From Chrysomallon squamiferum (taxonomy: Eukaryota > Animalia > Mollusca), in the NCBI GenBank assembly GCA_012295275.1, contig CM022676.1:4402001-4466000 (forward strand): 64,000 nt of DNA, in the 5' to 3' direction. Both the position numbers and the translations under genes were made by a program. The notes beneath the pieces were generated by a model. It did not search any database. It saw nothing but the letters and a program-made list of their open reading frames with translations, and was not told the DNA's origin. Positions 13,798-28,873 of this stretch are shown piece by piece (the stretch's first letter is position 1; the number at the start of each line of letters is the position of its first letter).

Positions 13798-14684
13798 AAT
13801 CCACTCGATTGAATCAGAAAAATACATAATGTAATCTGTGATATAATATATAGCGTTTTATTTTGAATAGTTAATTCTGCTTAGAGTGTTATTTCTTCTT
13901 CTTCGTTTTCTTTTTATGATATTTTATTTTTTATTTTTATTTTATATTTTTTATTTTTTTTTATAATTATTATTTTTTTTTACTGATGTCTGAGTGTATT
14001 TATGTACCTTTATAAGTATGTGTGAAGATATTTTACCATACAGGTGTCTGTATTTCCATATTTGCATTTATACACATATATATAGACATGTAGTTAAGTA
14101 CATATGTATGTATGTATATATCTGTACATGTATATATGTATGTGTGTATATGTGCGTATTTCCATACAAACATTCATACATAAAAATATATATACATATA
14201 TACATATATAAACAAACATACACGCGCACAGATACACACACACACACATATATATATATGATGTTTAAATATAAAAAAAATATAGATATATATACGTATA
14301 TATGTAAATATATATACATGTAGGTAGCTCGTATATGTTCGGGTGTCAGTGTGTTCTTTTATATGTGTGTGTGTCTGTGTGAATGTACTTAAGTGTCCCT
14401 GTGCATTTTTAATCAATAGAAATCTTTGCTGCATTGAAAAAGGGCGGCCATTTTGAATTATCGCGTGACCTAGACAACATGGATGTTTGCCAAGTTTTCT
14501 GTCTTACGTCATGACATGACTTGGTCAGGTTTACTCTGGTATGTTGTAACTCTACCACTCTGTTTAAAACCAGTCATGCATGGAAAAAGACGAACAAAAA
14601 TTAAACCCAAAACACATGATATTCTTTATTTTGTCACGCCATAGTGTAGCACACTCTTTCTATTGTGTTCGGTTTATACTGGAA

Positions 14685-14715
<31 letters not shown>

Positions 14716-16225
14716 GTGTGTCTTTTATCATTGGTGTTATTTTGTTATTATTATTATGCTTGCTTTATTACATATTTTAATATTGTATTACATTATGTTA
14801 CATTGCGTTACGTTAATATCTGTAGTGTACTGTCATATTATGATATATATGTACGTATATATGTAGACAGATGGATGGATGTGTGGATACAGTGAAGTAA
14901 GGAAAGAAAGAACAATCAGACAGAGTAACAGATAAATAGAGAATAACAGAAAAGAAAAGAGAGGTGTGTAAAATCAGAATGGTTCAAGTACAAAAATCGA
15001 TGGAGAAAGCTTGTAATAAACAAATACACACAAACAGACGAACACATTTGAAAGACAAAGAGAAACATTACTTTCTTATTGTGTACGAAGGGAAAGAATA
15101 AAATATAGCAGAGAATTGGAAAAATATATTTATTATGTCAATGAAAAAAATCTTTGTAATCACGAACACAGAAAGAAACCTGCTATATGAAGAAGAAACA
15201 TGACGTAATGAGCAGAGAAATAGTACACACTAGTTTAGTTCTTACATCAGTCCCCTTCATTATGTCCCTTGTCCTGTTTCCCGTTCTAAATGCTTGCTCA
15301 CAGTTCCTTTAACCCATTTTCTATCATTTCGGTCTTTGTTACATAAGCAACAATTCACAATAAAATCGAACAGTGCAGAGAAAGACATTTAATAGGAAAC
15401 ATGCACACACAGAAACATTGTTTAAAAAAAATTAATAATAAATAAATCCTGTAAATAAAAAAAACCCTGTAAATATAGATTTATTCTGGCATTGTCAGCC
15501 AGGAATTTCATTTGTCATGTTACTTTTATAAAAGAAAATAAAGACTTTCATGACATCAAGGATCTTTCGTCTGAGGAAATATAAAAAATGAAAAGATGAA
15601 ACATGTGCGAAAGAGACCAATGTTGCTGAGATTGATCAAATGTTTCTTTTAATTAATGTATGCGTGGGTAAATAGTTTAATTTTAAGTCAGAAATCTCCC
15701 GAAGTTTTCACATAGTTAGAGTCACATCTCAGACAATGGTAATGAATGATTAAAAATTCGCGATTAGCAACTCATTAAAATATTTGTAACTTTTCTCACA
15801 GGTAGCTATTTACACAGTCCAAATGTGGTGTCACTGTAGAAACTGAAGTCTTTGTATTTTAACAAAAAAAAAATGTTTTAACAAATTAATATTCTGAAGG
15901 TTTTCATCAAACAGTTTTAAGAAGTGTATGATTAACAAATAGAACTTGTTTTCTTCTTTAACATTCACGAACAACAGTTTCCTTTATTTTCAAACTTTAA
16001 TATATAATTGTAAGGATGGATCCTTTGTCATTTAAAACAATTTTAACATCAAATAACTATTTAGTTAAGCTGTGTATGAAATATAAATGGAATTCGTATT
16101 TTGAATGTTTCTATTTTAAGCCTTACTCATCAAATCGAAAATCCAAACATTCAGAAAATTCAGAAACACTTCCTATAAGGCATTCTGCTTATATATATGT
16201 ACGATTCATCACCGGAGAAGAAATA

Positions 16226-16357
<132 letters not shown>

Positions 16358-16445
16358 GTTTCTTTTTTCGTGGAAGTGTCTGAATAAACGTATTATTTCC
16401 AAACAATACTCGTTTTCTTCTTTATCACTTATTAATATCACTTAC

Positions 16446-17178
16446 CATCAGGTATTAAGACGAGATATGCGAACTCATATCCTCTTTCTCCCAGAGAAGA
16501 ATATGAATTATCTGTATCTTGATGTTCTGCTGCTGCTGCAGTCTGATTATCTGAAACATGGAATTAAATTATGTTTTGTTTTATTTAAAAATTGTGATGT
16601 GCGGAGAAAACAATAATCATCCTAATTTGTGTATATATATATATAAATACACAAACACATAGATACATACATATACATCAATCTAAGAGTGTGTCTGTTT
16701 ATTATATTTTACAGCTATTTCAAAATCAGTTACGAAGTGTCTCTCCTCAAAATCTAAAACAATTTTAACATTTCATACAAATCTAGAAAACAATAATCGT
16801 CCTAACGTGTGTGTGTGTGTGAGTGTGTGTGTAAATATAAATACAGAAACACATAGATACATACATACATACACACATAGAGTGTGCATGTGTTTTTGGG
16901 TCTAAGAGTGTGCATGTGTTTTTGTAAATTATATTTTACAGCTATTTCAGAATCATTTACAAAGTGTCTCTCTTCAAAATCTAGAACAATTTTAACATTT
17001 CATACAAAGACACTTCTAGACAAAGATATTTATAAATCTATATAAAACTATTTCGTTCATATTTAGAATCTAGTTTTTCTCAAAATCTATCTATCTATCT
17101 ATATCTATATATATATATATACATATGTATATGTATGTATGTATGTATTTATGTAAATGAATGTATTATGTATATATA

Positions 17179-17213
<35 letters not shown>

Positions 17214-17711
17214 TTATGGGGATTTCTTTTCATGAAATTGTTTGAATAAGCGTATGGTTAACAAGCTATACCCGTTTTCTTCTTTAGCATTTATTAATAT
17301 CAGTTCACTTACCACCAGGCAATAAGACGTCATATGGGACGTCATTCCCTCTTTCCTCTAGAGAAGAATGAGAATTCTCTGTATTTTGATGCACATTGCT
17401 GATTCTGAAATTGCAAACGTAAATAAAATATATTACTTATGCATTGATGCAATAATCCGAGAATCAGCAAAAGAATGCAAACACATACATACATACATAC
17501 ACACATACATACACATATACATACATACATATATACATAGATATATACACACACATATATATATATATATACACACAAAATACATAGAGATATACATAAG
17601 CACATTTAGACAGATGCACATAAGCACATGGATTATAGTTTACAGAAAGAAGAATAGTAAAAAAGTATAAATTAATTTACCTTTGTTGGTTCCAAGTAGA
17701 GTTCTTTTCTG
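16446..17711 (-). pseudogene. Copy C cytoplasmic exons: microexon 17681-17711, exon 17313-17404 (HSSL-x8-YDVL), ITAM exon 16446-16550 (YSSL-x8-YLVL)
   Basis: Splice sites and lengths (31, 92, 105 nt) are intact, but out of frame after the fusion exon. Confidence 0.72.
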
Positions 17712-17713
17712 CT

Positions 17714-17782
<69 letters not shown>

Positions 17783-18406
17783 GAAACAGCAATAAAAATA
17801 ATAACAACAACAACAATGATAATAATAATAACCTTATCATCATCATGAGCATAGTAGTGTAGTAATAGTTTGAGTAGGATGAAGTAGTAGTAGTAGTAGT
17901 CACACTGATACTAGCTATTCCTATGTGTACAGTATACTTGTGTGGTTAAATCACTCTACTTGAATACTGACATAGTCATGAAACATTTTCAGCATTATGC
18001 CTGTCTAAAATTAAATTTATCATTAAATGTTCTTGTTCTTAGACATCATTTTTTACCTCAGCCATGTCATTATCAGGTGGCTGAAATACAGGTGGTCACA
18101 AAAACAGGTTTAATTACTCTGTGTAAGGTAATTGTGTAATGTAATCTTGATTTATCTCCCCTTTACTCTATGGGTAAGTGTAATTAAAATAGATAATAAA
18201 ATAAATAAACGAACATAGAAAAAAATAAAGATACAAAGAACAAACAAACATTAGTATGAAGCTATGAATAAATGAACGAACGATCAAGTGGATGAATTAA
18301 TAAATAAATAAAGAATAGAAAATAAAATAAAAATAATCAATTAAAACGAAAGAAAGGAAGAAAGAAAGGAAGAAGGAAAGAAGAAAACAAACAAATAAAT
18401 AAATAC

Positions 18407-18714
18407 TTCCTTTGTTTCGGACGTAGAGAACAACGACAATGAAACGATTCCAAAGATTTTTCTCACTGCTGTTTTCACTTTGTTTTCGGCCTCACAATAA
18501 AATACTTCCCAGTCTGAACAAGATGTCACTATCCAACTGTACTCCAATGTTGTAGCGTTCTGAACTTGATGCAGCAGTTGTCTCCCTTTCAATAATTTAA
18601 TGGCGGACTTCGGATTACTGGCAACGTTACATATAAACGTTGCATTTACTTTATTCTCCCTTGCATGGTTAGTCAAATGTTCAATGATCACTTTCGCTTT
18701 AATGGACGGTTGGT
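18407..18714 (-). CDS. Copy C Ig5/TM-remnant fusion exon
   Basis: Ig5 sequence runs directly into the last ~35 nt of the TM exon and uses its donor; 308 nt. Confidence 0.75.
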
Positions 18715-18763
18715 CTGGAGGAAAAAAGTAGACTTTAATATTTCTCTACCATTTATTATCAAA

Positions 18764-18848
<85 letters not shown>

Positions 18849-18917
18849 AGTTTTTCTATAACTATTTTATGATTTGTATTCAAAACTAAACTCAAAATAA
18901 AATGAATTAAAACTCAC

Positions 18918-19178
18918 ATTTAACGTGAATAATAGTTTTGTTATGTGATGTTTGGTTCGTATCCGGATTAGAAGCAATGCATGTGTAGACGCCATCTTGA
19001 AATCTCGTGATATTAGTCAGTGCCAGTAATTCGTTGTTACTGACAATCCGATTGGTCATTTCCCATCTGTAAACGCATTTGATAAAACAATCGGCTTTGC
19101 ATGATAATGTGACGTCACTTCCTTCCTCTACAGTGATGTCAGATGAAGAATTGACTCGAACTGAACTACCGGGACCGT
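18918..19178 (-). CDS. Copy C Ig4 exon (C2-like)
   Basis: 261 nt, tag|ACGGTCCC...|gtgagt; not in the ORF track. Confidence 0.85.
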
Positions 19179-19464
19179 CTATGAAAAAAATAATAATAAT
19201 AAATAAATTAATTAATTAATTAATTAATTAATTAATTAATAATAATAATATTAATAATTAATAAATAAATAAATCAATCGTAGATGTTTGTTTCTATTAT
19301 TATCAACATGATACTTATTATAATAATAATCATCAACATCATAGACATCTTCATCATCATTATTATTGTTATACCTGCTGATACTGTTGTTATTGGTGTT
19401 GCTGTTCTTGTTGTTGTTGTTGTTGTTGTTATTATTATTATCAATTAAATTTATATTATAATAC

Positions 19465-19776
19465 CTCTAACTTTCAACACAATTGTGTTACTCGAATATC
19501 GATGATCGATATTTCTACATCGACAAATATTTCCTTCTTGATTTCTGTTGACAGATGTTATAGTAACTAGAAACTTGTTACGGAAACATTTTGAAGTGTA
19601 ATTTCCACTAAAACGTGGGATAGCAACACAGTGTCCGTCACCAAAACTTAACACGTCATAGGTGACGTCATTCTCAAACCACATGACGTTACGTGTCCTT
19701 TGGAAAATCTGACATGTCAACGTAAATGAAAGACCGCTGACAGCGTAAGGGGCAGATCCCCGAAGATTCGGCGGTC
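19465..19776 (-). CDS. Copy C Ig3 exon (V-like)
   Basis: 312 nt, open, canonical splice sites. Confidence 0.87.
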
Positions 19777-20033
19777 CTGAAAGTAATCTGTAAACACTGA
19801 ACACACCCGGGCACGCCCACACCCTGAGACACACAGAGAGAGACACACACTCAGATAAATACATAGATAAAGCAATCTATACCGTAACAAAGTGAGTCTG
19901 ATCTTATCTGGATATTCTTAAATAAACGTTTATATCTGGGTCTCTGATATTATAAATATACACGTCTAACAAATATTGACTTGTTTGTTTATTTTATCAT
20001 TTGTATTTTTACTATAATTAGTTTCTTACTTAC

Positions 20034-20294
20034 GAGGTACAGTCAAATGAAGTGTTTTATTGGCAGTTTGTTTCGTATCTGGATTTTCAGTCACGCACAC
20101 ATAGAGACCTGATTGTGATATGTGAACATTAGCCAATGAGAGAATGCTTGTTTTACTTATGACGTCATCTGCGAGCTTCCATTGATAATTACACGTGATG
20201 AAACACGTCGCCGAACAAGACACTGTGACGTGAGTTCCTTCCACAGCAGTCACAACAGACGAAGTATTCAGCTTGAGTGATGTTCCAGGACCAT
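20034..20294 (-). CDS. Copy C Ig2 exon (C2-like)
   Basis: 261 nt, open; DGPGTSLKL..CSATCFITCNYQW..QSGLYVC. Confidence 0.88.
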
Positions 20295-20619
20295 CTGTAA
20301 AAAGCAAAAACATTATCAACATCAGCATCATCATTATCGGCAGCTTCATCATCATTATCTTCATATTTTTGTTTTATTCTTACTGGTGGTAGAAATTGTA
20401 GGTTACTCGTATTGTTAGTTATGGATGTTGTCGTGGAAGTGATGGTGATGATGTAGTGTTTGAATTGTTGCTGTTGGTATCATAATTATTACTGATGTCA
20501 CAACTATTTATTTATTTATATTTATTTATTTTCCTAATATTTTTGCTGATATATTTAGTTTATTGTTTTGCCATTATTAACAGTACATATTTCTTAGGAT
20601 GATAATAATAAATAAAACT

Positions 20620-20905
20620 GATTTTACCTCTCACTTCCAGTTTAATTTCATTGTTTTTTCTAACATCTAATAGATACAGTAATAATATTAATAATAAATA
20701 ATTTAATTTTACCTCTCATTTCCAGGTTTATTTCATTTTTTTTTATCATCTAATAGGTACAGTAAAAATATTAATAATAAATAAGTTAATTTTACCTCTC
20801 ACTTCCAGTTTTATTTCATTGCTTTTTTTAACATATAATAGGTACACTAATAACATTAATAATAAATAAGTTAATTTTACCTCTCACTTCCAGTTTTATT
20901 TCATT
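20620..20905 (-). repeat. About 85-bp tandem repeat of the Ig1 exon end plus donor (3 extra units)
   Basis: Repeated ttttacctctcacttccagttttatttcatt. Confidence 0.8.
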
Positions 20906-21195
20906 GCTGTGTGGAAAAATAACACCACATCTCCACACTGTTCCATGTTGACTGAGGTTCACTGATTTTATTGTGAGAGTGTTTAGTTCATCTGAACAGT
21001 TAAAACTGTATTCTTTTGGATGTTCACTAAGAAAATAACACTGACCGTATCTTCTTTCTTCAAGAATCAATATCGTGTATTGTATGTTATTCTCAGACCA
21101 GATAATTACAAGAGCAGGATGTCCTCGACAGGTAAAAGTAAAAGGTGATCCAACAATTGCATATTTCTCTGATGTTGTTAAACTCCAATACTGAC
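20881..21195 (-). CDS. Copy C Ig1 exon (V-like)
   Basis: 315 nt, open; GQYWSLTTSEKYAIVGSPFTFTCRGHPALVIIW...WRCGVIFPHSNEIKLEVR. Confidence 0.88.
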
Positions 21196-21576
21196 CTTCA
21201 AATTAAAATAATAAAAAAAAAATCTAATAATATAAAATACATATTTTATAATTACATTCTTGTTAAGTTTTGTGTTGTTTTTATTTATTTATTTATTTAT
21301 TTATTTATATCTTATTATTAGTAGTAGTACTAGTAGTAGTATTATACTTTACATTTAATTACTTTATGTTACATTAATACGATAAGCCATGTTATGGACT
21401 CTCATATCCTACTGTTATCTTATGTTATGTTATGTTATTGTCTCATGTTTTAATACAGATATGTTTCAAAAATTCAAATCACACAACTGTGATACCGACC
21501 TTCAATTTAAAATTATAATTAAAAAAATCTAATAATATTAAATACATATTTTATAATTATATTGTTGTTAAGTTTT

Positions 21577-21644
<68 letters not shown>

Positions 21645-22266
21645 CTTTACGTTTTATTACTTTATCTTACATTAATACGATACGCCATGTTATGGACTCT
21701 CATATCCTAATGTTATGTTATCTTATGTTATGTTATGTTATTGTCTCATGCTTTAATACAGATATGTTTCAAAAATTCAAATCACACAATTACGCATATA
21801 TATTTTACATTAGTCAACGAAACATAACTTCGACTGAGTATAGATTTCACAGTAAGTAAATGAAATGAACTCAGGTACAGATAAATGGTTCCCTCTCAAA
21901 AGACAGACAGATAGTCTATGGTGCAGATGCAGACAAAACTTTTATTGGGTCATGTATCATGTACACCCCTGACTGCTTTAATGGTATGCTCCAGTCTGTT
22001 CATATAAGCAATTACGAGAGCCTAATTATTATGTAGTAAATTTAATTAATATATCTATAAATAAATCTATAAATAAATCTAATTTTATATAATTTTGTTC
22101 TGTATTCTGTATTTAGTTGTATCAGACTATTCCACAATTTATTACATGTATTATAGAAGATAAACGGCAGGTGATAAGTAAATGAGCTCAACCGTGTCTT
22201 CTGTTGTTTATGCTAGACTATACTTTATTGGACGTCTGTCTTTTAGGAGGAATATAAAATACATAC

Positions 22267-22324
22267 CTTGTACGTAAATTACACATCCCAGTAACACGAA
22301 CACACAGAATATCTTACAACTCAT
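22267..22324 (-). CDS. Copy C signal-peptide exon MSCKIFCVFVLLGCVIYVQ(G)
   Basis: 58 nt, ATG to CAAG|GTATGT. Confidence 0.85.
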
Positions 22325-22971
22325 TTCCAGTGTTTTAGTTTTAACTGCCGTTAATAAAAATATAGTTAATTTCTTTTCTTGACTGCTTTCTCGATTTTAC
22401 TGCTGTTAATGTAAAAGCAGTTTTCGACGCCTTCTTCTTGTACTTTATTCTGGTAACTTATGAAGTTTTATTTCCTGTTTCATACACAATATGAACACTA
22501 GTCTCATTGGTTCTGCTTATTTATTAATAAACTAAATTCACTCGACTGAATCAGAAAAATACAAAATGCAACCTGAGATATAACATACAGAGTTGTATTT
22601 TGAAAAGTTAATTCTGCTTAGAATGTTTTTTCTTCTTCTTCGTTTTCTTTTGATTTGATTTGATTTGATTTGATTTTATTATTAGGTGGGTTTTTTTTTC
22701 GGTTTTTTTCTTGATGTCCGATTGTATTTATGTTCGTTTATAGATATGTGTGAAGGTATTTTATCTTATGTTTATACAGATATATATATATATATATAGA
22801 CATGTAGTTAAATATATATTTATGTATGTATATATCTGTATATGTATATATGTATCTATGTGTGTATATGTGTGTGTTTACATACATATAAACATATATA
22901 AACAAACCTACAGGCACACAGACCCATATATGTATAAAATGTTTAAATATATATTTAGAGAGATATATATA

Positions 22972-23011
<40 letters not shown>

Positions 23012-23724
23012 ATATGTGTATGTGTGTGTTTGTGTGTTTTCGGATATCAGTTTATGCTTGTATATGTGTGTGTGCGTGTGTGTGTCAGTAAGTGTGCGTC
23101 TGCATTTTTAATAATTAGAAATCTTTGCTGCAGAATTGTGGCGTAATCTAGGCAACATCGATGTTTGTCAAGTTTTGTGTCTTACGTTGTGACATGACTT
23201 GGTCAGTTTTACTCTGGTATGTTGTAACTCTACCACTCTGTTCAAAACCAGTCATGGATGGAAAAAGACGAACAAAAAATGTAACCCAAAACACCTAATA
23301 CTCTTTCTGTCAAGTCATTGAGTAGCATACTCTCTCTATTGTGTTCGGTTTATACTGGAATATGTGTTTGTGTGAGTGTGTGTGTGTGTGTGAGTGTGTG
23401 TGTGTGTGTGTGTGTGTCTGTGTGTTATTATTGTTGTTGTTTTGTTATTATTATTATGCTTACTTTATTACATATTTTTATATTGTATTACATTATGTTA
23501 CATTGCGTTACGTTATTCTGTGTAATGTACTGTCATATTACGATACATTATGTTATCCTATCTTATGTTATGTTATGGTTTCATATTTTGATAAATATAT
23601 TTCAAGACTTCATGTTGCACAGTTATTACCATTAGTCATCCACAAATGACGTCGACTCCACATTTGGTAAATGAAACGAGACTAACTCAGATAGAGATAA
23701 ATAATTTGAATATAAAATACATAC

Positions 23725-23773
23725 CTTGTACGTACAATACACACCCCAGTAACACGAATAACTTACAACTCAT
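23725..23773 (-). other. Extra leader exon, short type MSCKLFVLLGCVLYVQ(G)
   Basis: 49 nt, ATG and GT donor intact, phase 1, no Ig exon of its own. Confidence 0.7.
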
Positions 23774-24114
23774 TTCCAGTATTTTAGTTTTCACTGTCGT
23801 TAATGAAAATAGATACTGTCTTAGCTATGTTTTTCTCTTTTAAATTCTTCCTTGTTTTCTTTCCTGTTGATGAATCACCACGTTTACTTTCTGTTTCGTA
23901 AGTAAAACACCCTTTATATTCTTTGTAAAATAGACAGTAATAGACTGTAATCTGTAATAGACTGGATTCAATCGACTGACTTCTGCAGTCTACGAAAAGA
24001 CAGTCTACACGAAACTGATTATACTTTGAGATTTTATATTATTATTATTTAACGTTAGTGGTATTAGCATACATTTATGTAATAATGCTATGAATTATTG
24101 ACAATGTTTTAGTT

Positions 24115-24413
24115 CAGGAATGGGCAAGCTTTTTTCAAGAAGCTGGCCACATGAGACAAGGCTCATCCTCAGTTGGGCTGCTGTTACTAATTTAGGCGAT
24201 TTTGTGTTTTTACGTAGAGTTAATTTTAAGAAATTTTTCATTTTCATTTACTTCACGAACTGTTATAATAATATAAAAAAGTGACACGTGTTTTAGTATA
24301 TTAGTAGATGACAAAATAGACACATGTTATGAAATTTGAACTTACGTTATTTTCCTTGTGAAATTAGGCGGGCCACTCAGAAAGCGGCGCGGGCCGCAGT
24401 TTGCCTACAACTG
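24115..24413. mobile_element. hAT-like non-autonomous element (MITE)
   Basis: Imperfect TIRs CAGGAATGGGCAAGCT / AGTTTGCCTACAACTG, GGGCCGC subterminal motifs, and similar 8-bp flanks ttttagtt / gtttagac. Confidence 0.65.
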
Positions 24414-25454
24414 GTTTAGACGAATTCGTACGCATGAGTGCACATACTGGCGTATATGTTTATGAAAAGTAGGAAGATATGGTTTATTTTGTTTTTATTT
24501 TTTTATTATTATTTTTTTTTTTTATTTTTTTAATTTTTTTTTCTTTTTTTTTTTTTTTTTTTTTTTTATTTTTTTATTAAAACACGCGCAATAACGCCTA
24601 CATTTGTTTGTTCAGATAAAATAACTGATTATACCACCACCCTCTGTAAACATCACTGCATCCGTTTCTCACACGAGATTTGCAGGTGTAATTCATGACG
24701 ATATGAAACAGAACCAGATGAAAGATTACTTACACCGATAAATCTGTTTGATAAACCATAGTAAATGCATTCGTCACATAACAAACTGAAAAAGCGTAGA
24801 ATATGTCGTGTATTCTTCACTCTTAAAGGAGAAGTTAAAAATGTTTGTTTATGAAAAGAAAATCTAAAGAAATATGTTGCGTAAACTCAGAATATTTTGT
24901 TTCTCGATAACATGTGAACCTTACCTGGGCCTCTTTCAAACTTAATATCTGAAGTCGATATTTTCAAAAGGTTTTTTTTTTTTTTTTTTTTCTTTTTCAT
25001 ACAAATGATCCTGATGGGCAGACAACTGAAAACAATTTTAGATTATAATAAATACTGATGTGCTTAACTCAAATATGTGGAGAAGCGAACATACAAAATA
25101 TAAATAAAACAATATTAAAAGTAATAGATTTTGTTCTCAGGAAAACGATTCGAATAATCTTAATAAGAAAACAATTAATAATTTGTTTTCTCTTTTTCTT
25201 TTCTTTCTTTATTTCTTTATTATTATTTTTATTACTACTACTACTATTCTTCTTATTATTATTATTATTATTTTGTTCTCCTGATTATCTCTATATTGCG
25301 TGTATGCGTCTTTAAATGAATTAAAAAATAAATAAAAATAGATAAAACCGTTAAAGTACTGGGAGCACAAATCAAATGGTTAGACTGGGAATTAGCTGAA
25401 AGAGATTAGCAACGGAGAGATAATAATAAAAAAAATAACAATAACAATAACAAC

Positions 25455-25493
<39 letters not shown>

Positions 25494-25904
25494 GAAGAAG
25501 AAGAAGAGAAAGAACATGTTGGATGTACTAAAATGTTTCTTTCTTTCTTCTTTTCTTTTTACAGAATCACTGTAAACAGTCGAATACACAACAAACAATA
25601 CACTGACAAATTACGTCATCTCCGATCATGCGTAAAACCTTCTTTTTCCACTATGTCGACCGTCTTGAAATATTAACCAGCAAACAATAATTTCCACCTT
25701 CAAAAGTTGAATGCATTTTAATCTATGCCGTTCAGCTAATTGATATATATAACAATTTATAACAAATCCGATAAATAGGTTATATCTACAAGTCACTATT
25801 TTTTTTTATGTTTTTATTATTGATATCCGAGTGTATTTTACCTTACAGGTGTATGTATTTCCATATTTGCATTTATACAGATATATATATAGACATGTAG
25901 TTAA

Positions 25905-25976
<72 letters not shown>

Positions 25977-26337
25977 AAACAAACATACACGCACACACAC
26001 ACACATATATACGCATATATATATAAATATAGCGTGCGTGTAAGTAAGTGTGCGTGTGCATTTTTAATAATTACAAATCTTTACTGCAGAGATAAAGGAC
26101 GGCCATTTTGAATTGTCGCGTGACCTAGACAACATGGATGTTTGCCAAGGTTTGTTTCTTACGTTATGACAAGACTTGGTCAGTTTTATTCTGGTATGTT
26201 GTGACTCTACCACTCTGTTTAAAACCAGCCATGGATGGAAAAAGTCGAAAAAAAATTAATCCAAAATACCTAATACTCTTTATTTTGTCACGCCATAGTG
26301 TAGCATACTCTTTCTATTGTGTTCGGTTTATACTGAA

Positions 26338-26407
<70 letters not shown>

Positions 26408-26714
26408 CTGTGTGTTATTACTGTTGTTGTTTTGTTATTATTATTATGCTTACTTTATTACATATTTTTATATTGTATTACATTATGTTACATTGCGTTA
26501 CGTTATTCTGTGTAATGTACTGTCATATTACGATACATTATGTTATCCTAACTTATGTTATGTTATGGTTTCATATTTTGATAAATATATTTCAAGACTT
26601 CATGTTGCACAGTTATTACCATTAGTCATCCACAAATGACGTCGACTCCACATTTGGTAAATGAAACGAGACTAACTCAGATAGAGATAAATAATTTGAA
26701 TATAAAATACATAC

Positions 26715-26763
26715 CTTGTACGTACAATACACACCCCAGTAACACGAATAACTTACAACTCAT
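26715..26763 (-). other. Extra leader exon, short type (duplicate of 23725-23773)
   Basis: Same 49-nt sequence and donor. Confidence 0.7.
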
Positions 26764-27105
26764 TTCCAGTATTTTAGTTTTCACTGTCGTTAATGAAAAT
26801 ATATACTGTCTTAGCTATGTTTTTCTCTTTTAAATTCTTCCTTGTTTTCTTTCCTGTTGATGCGTCAACACGTTTGCTTTCGGTTTCGTAAGTAAAACAC
26901 ACTTTATATTCTTCGTAAAATAGACTGTACTAGACTGTAATCTGTAATAGACTGGATTCAATCGACTGACTTCTGCACTCTACGAAAAGACAGTCTACAC
27001 GAAACTGATTATACTTTGAGATTTTTATATTATTATTATTTAACGTTAGTGGTATTAGCATACATTTATGTAATAATGCTATGAATTACTGACAATGTTT
27101 TAGTT

Positions 27106-27403
27106 CAGGAATGGGCAAGCTTTTTTCAAGAAGCGGGCCACATGATACAAGGCTCATCCTCAGTTGCGCCGCAGTTACTAATTTAGGCGATATTGTGTTT
27201 TTACGTAGAGTTAATTTAAGAAATTTTTCATTTTCATTTACTTCAGGAACTGTTATAATAATATAAAAAAGTGACACGTGCTTTAGTATATTAGTAGATT
27301 GCAAAATAGACTCATTTTATAAAATTTGAACTCAGGTTATTTTCCTTGTGAAATTAGACGGGCCACTCAGAAAGCCACGCAGGCCGCAGTTTTTTTATGA
27401 CTA
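27106..27403. mobile_element. Second copy of the hAT-like MITE, carried by segmental duplication
   Basis: Closely matches 24115-24413, including flanks. Confidence 0.6.
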
Positions 27404-27645
27404 GTTTAGACGAATTCGTACGAACGAGTGCGTATATTGGCGTGTATGTTTATGATACAAGGAAAAGTAGGAAGATATGGTTTATTTTGTGTTATGTTGT
27501 GACTCTACACTTTATTTAAAGCCAGCCATGGATGAACGAAAACGCACAAAACATATAACCTAAAACACAAATACTCTTTCTGTCAAGTTATTCAGTAGCA
27601 TACTATTTCTATTGTGTTCGGTTCATACTGGAATTATGTCTATCT

Positions 27646-27692
<47 letters not shown>

Positions 27693-27914
27693 TGTGTGTG
27701 TGTGTTTGAGTGTGTGTGAGTGTGTTTTATTGTTGTTGTTTTGTTATTATTATTATCCTTGCTTCCTTACATATTTTAATATTGTATTACATTATGTTAC
27801 TTTGCGTTGTTACGTTGTGTAGTGAACTGTTATGTTATGATATATTATGTTATCCTGTGTTATCTTATGTTATGTTATTGTTGGATCGATTATTGGTGGA
27901 TGTAAAACATGTAA

Positions 27915-27972
27915 CTTGTAAGCACAGTTAACATCCCAGTAACATGAACACGCAGAATAACGTACAACTCAT
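27915..27972 (-). pseudogene. Degenerate leader exon
   Basis: MSCTLFCVFMLLGC followed by TAA; donor decayed. Confidence 0.6.
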
Positions 27973-28250
27973 TTCCAGTATTTTAGTTTTCACTGTTGTT
28001 AATAAACAAAATATATATATAGTTTTAAAATTTTAGTACCCTTTCTTTACTACTTTCTTGTCTTCACTGCTATTAATGAAAAAAAATATATATATGCATT
28101 TTTTTGTTCTTCTTTGAAAGATTTACTGTCACTACCTGCTTGTATGAACACCCATACAATTGTTATTCATTGAAGTATCACGATGAAAAAGCAGTGCATT
28201 TCTAGTCTGTCCGACTGGTAGGCCCAGTGACGACATTTTTTAACACCCAC

Positions 28251-28303
<53 letters not shown>

Positions 28304-28773
28304 TAAACACACAGACAGATATACAGATTACAAGCTGAACAAAGCGCCAAAGAACGCCTAGTTCTGTTTGTACATATACAATAACCAAACTAGCAACACC
28401 CCCCTATTATGATCACTGGATCCGTCTCTCGGACGACTTTGTCAAGTGTATTTCAACACGATCTGAAAGCAGCTGCATAAGAAAGACTATTTACACCGAT
28501 AACACTTTTTCTCTTACGATCGCATTCGCACCCGTGACATAACAAAGTGAAAGAGTGTAGAAACTGTCGCGTATTCTTCTGTGTGTATTAGATTTTTTTT
28601 TATTGATTTATTTGGTTTTATTTATTATTTATTGATTTTATTTTTTATTTTTTAATGAAAAGAAGCTTTGAATGAAATATGCAGAGTTAACTTCTTGTGA
28701 CTTGTCAGTTATTTTATGTCAGGTGTGATCCTGGTTGCTTTTCAAGTGTTTGTGTATAGGGGGAGAAAGATAA

Positions 28774-28873
<100 letters not shown>

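Larger units (their letters stand above)
16446..22324 (-). other. Gene copy C: leader + 5 Ig exons with most of the TM exon deleted (predicted soluble product or pseudogene)
   Basis: Leader and Ig1-4 are open and in phase, and Ig5 is fused to the 3' end of the TM exon. Cytoplasmic exons remain but are out of frame. Confidence 0.82.
23150..27490. repeat. Direct duplication of about 1.3 kb (about 23150-24490 and about 26140-27490)
   Basis: Near-identical blocks containing the short leader and the MITE; the ORF track gives near-identical 65-aa translations at 23646 and 26636. Confidence 0.85.
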
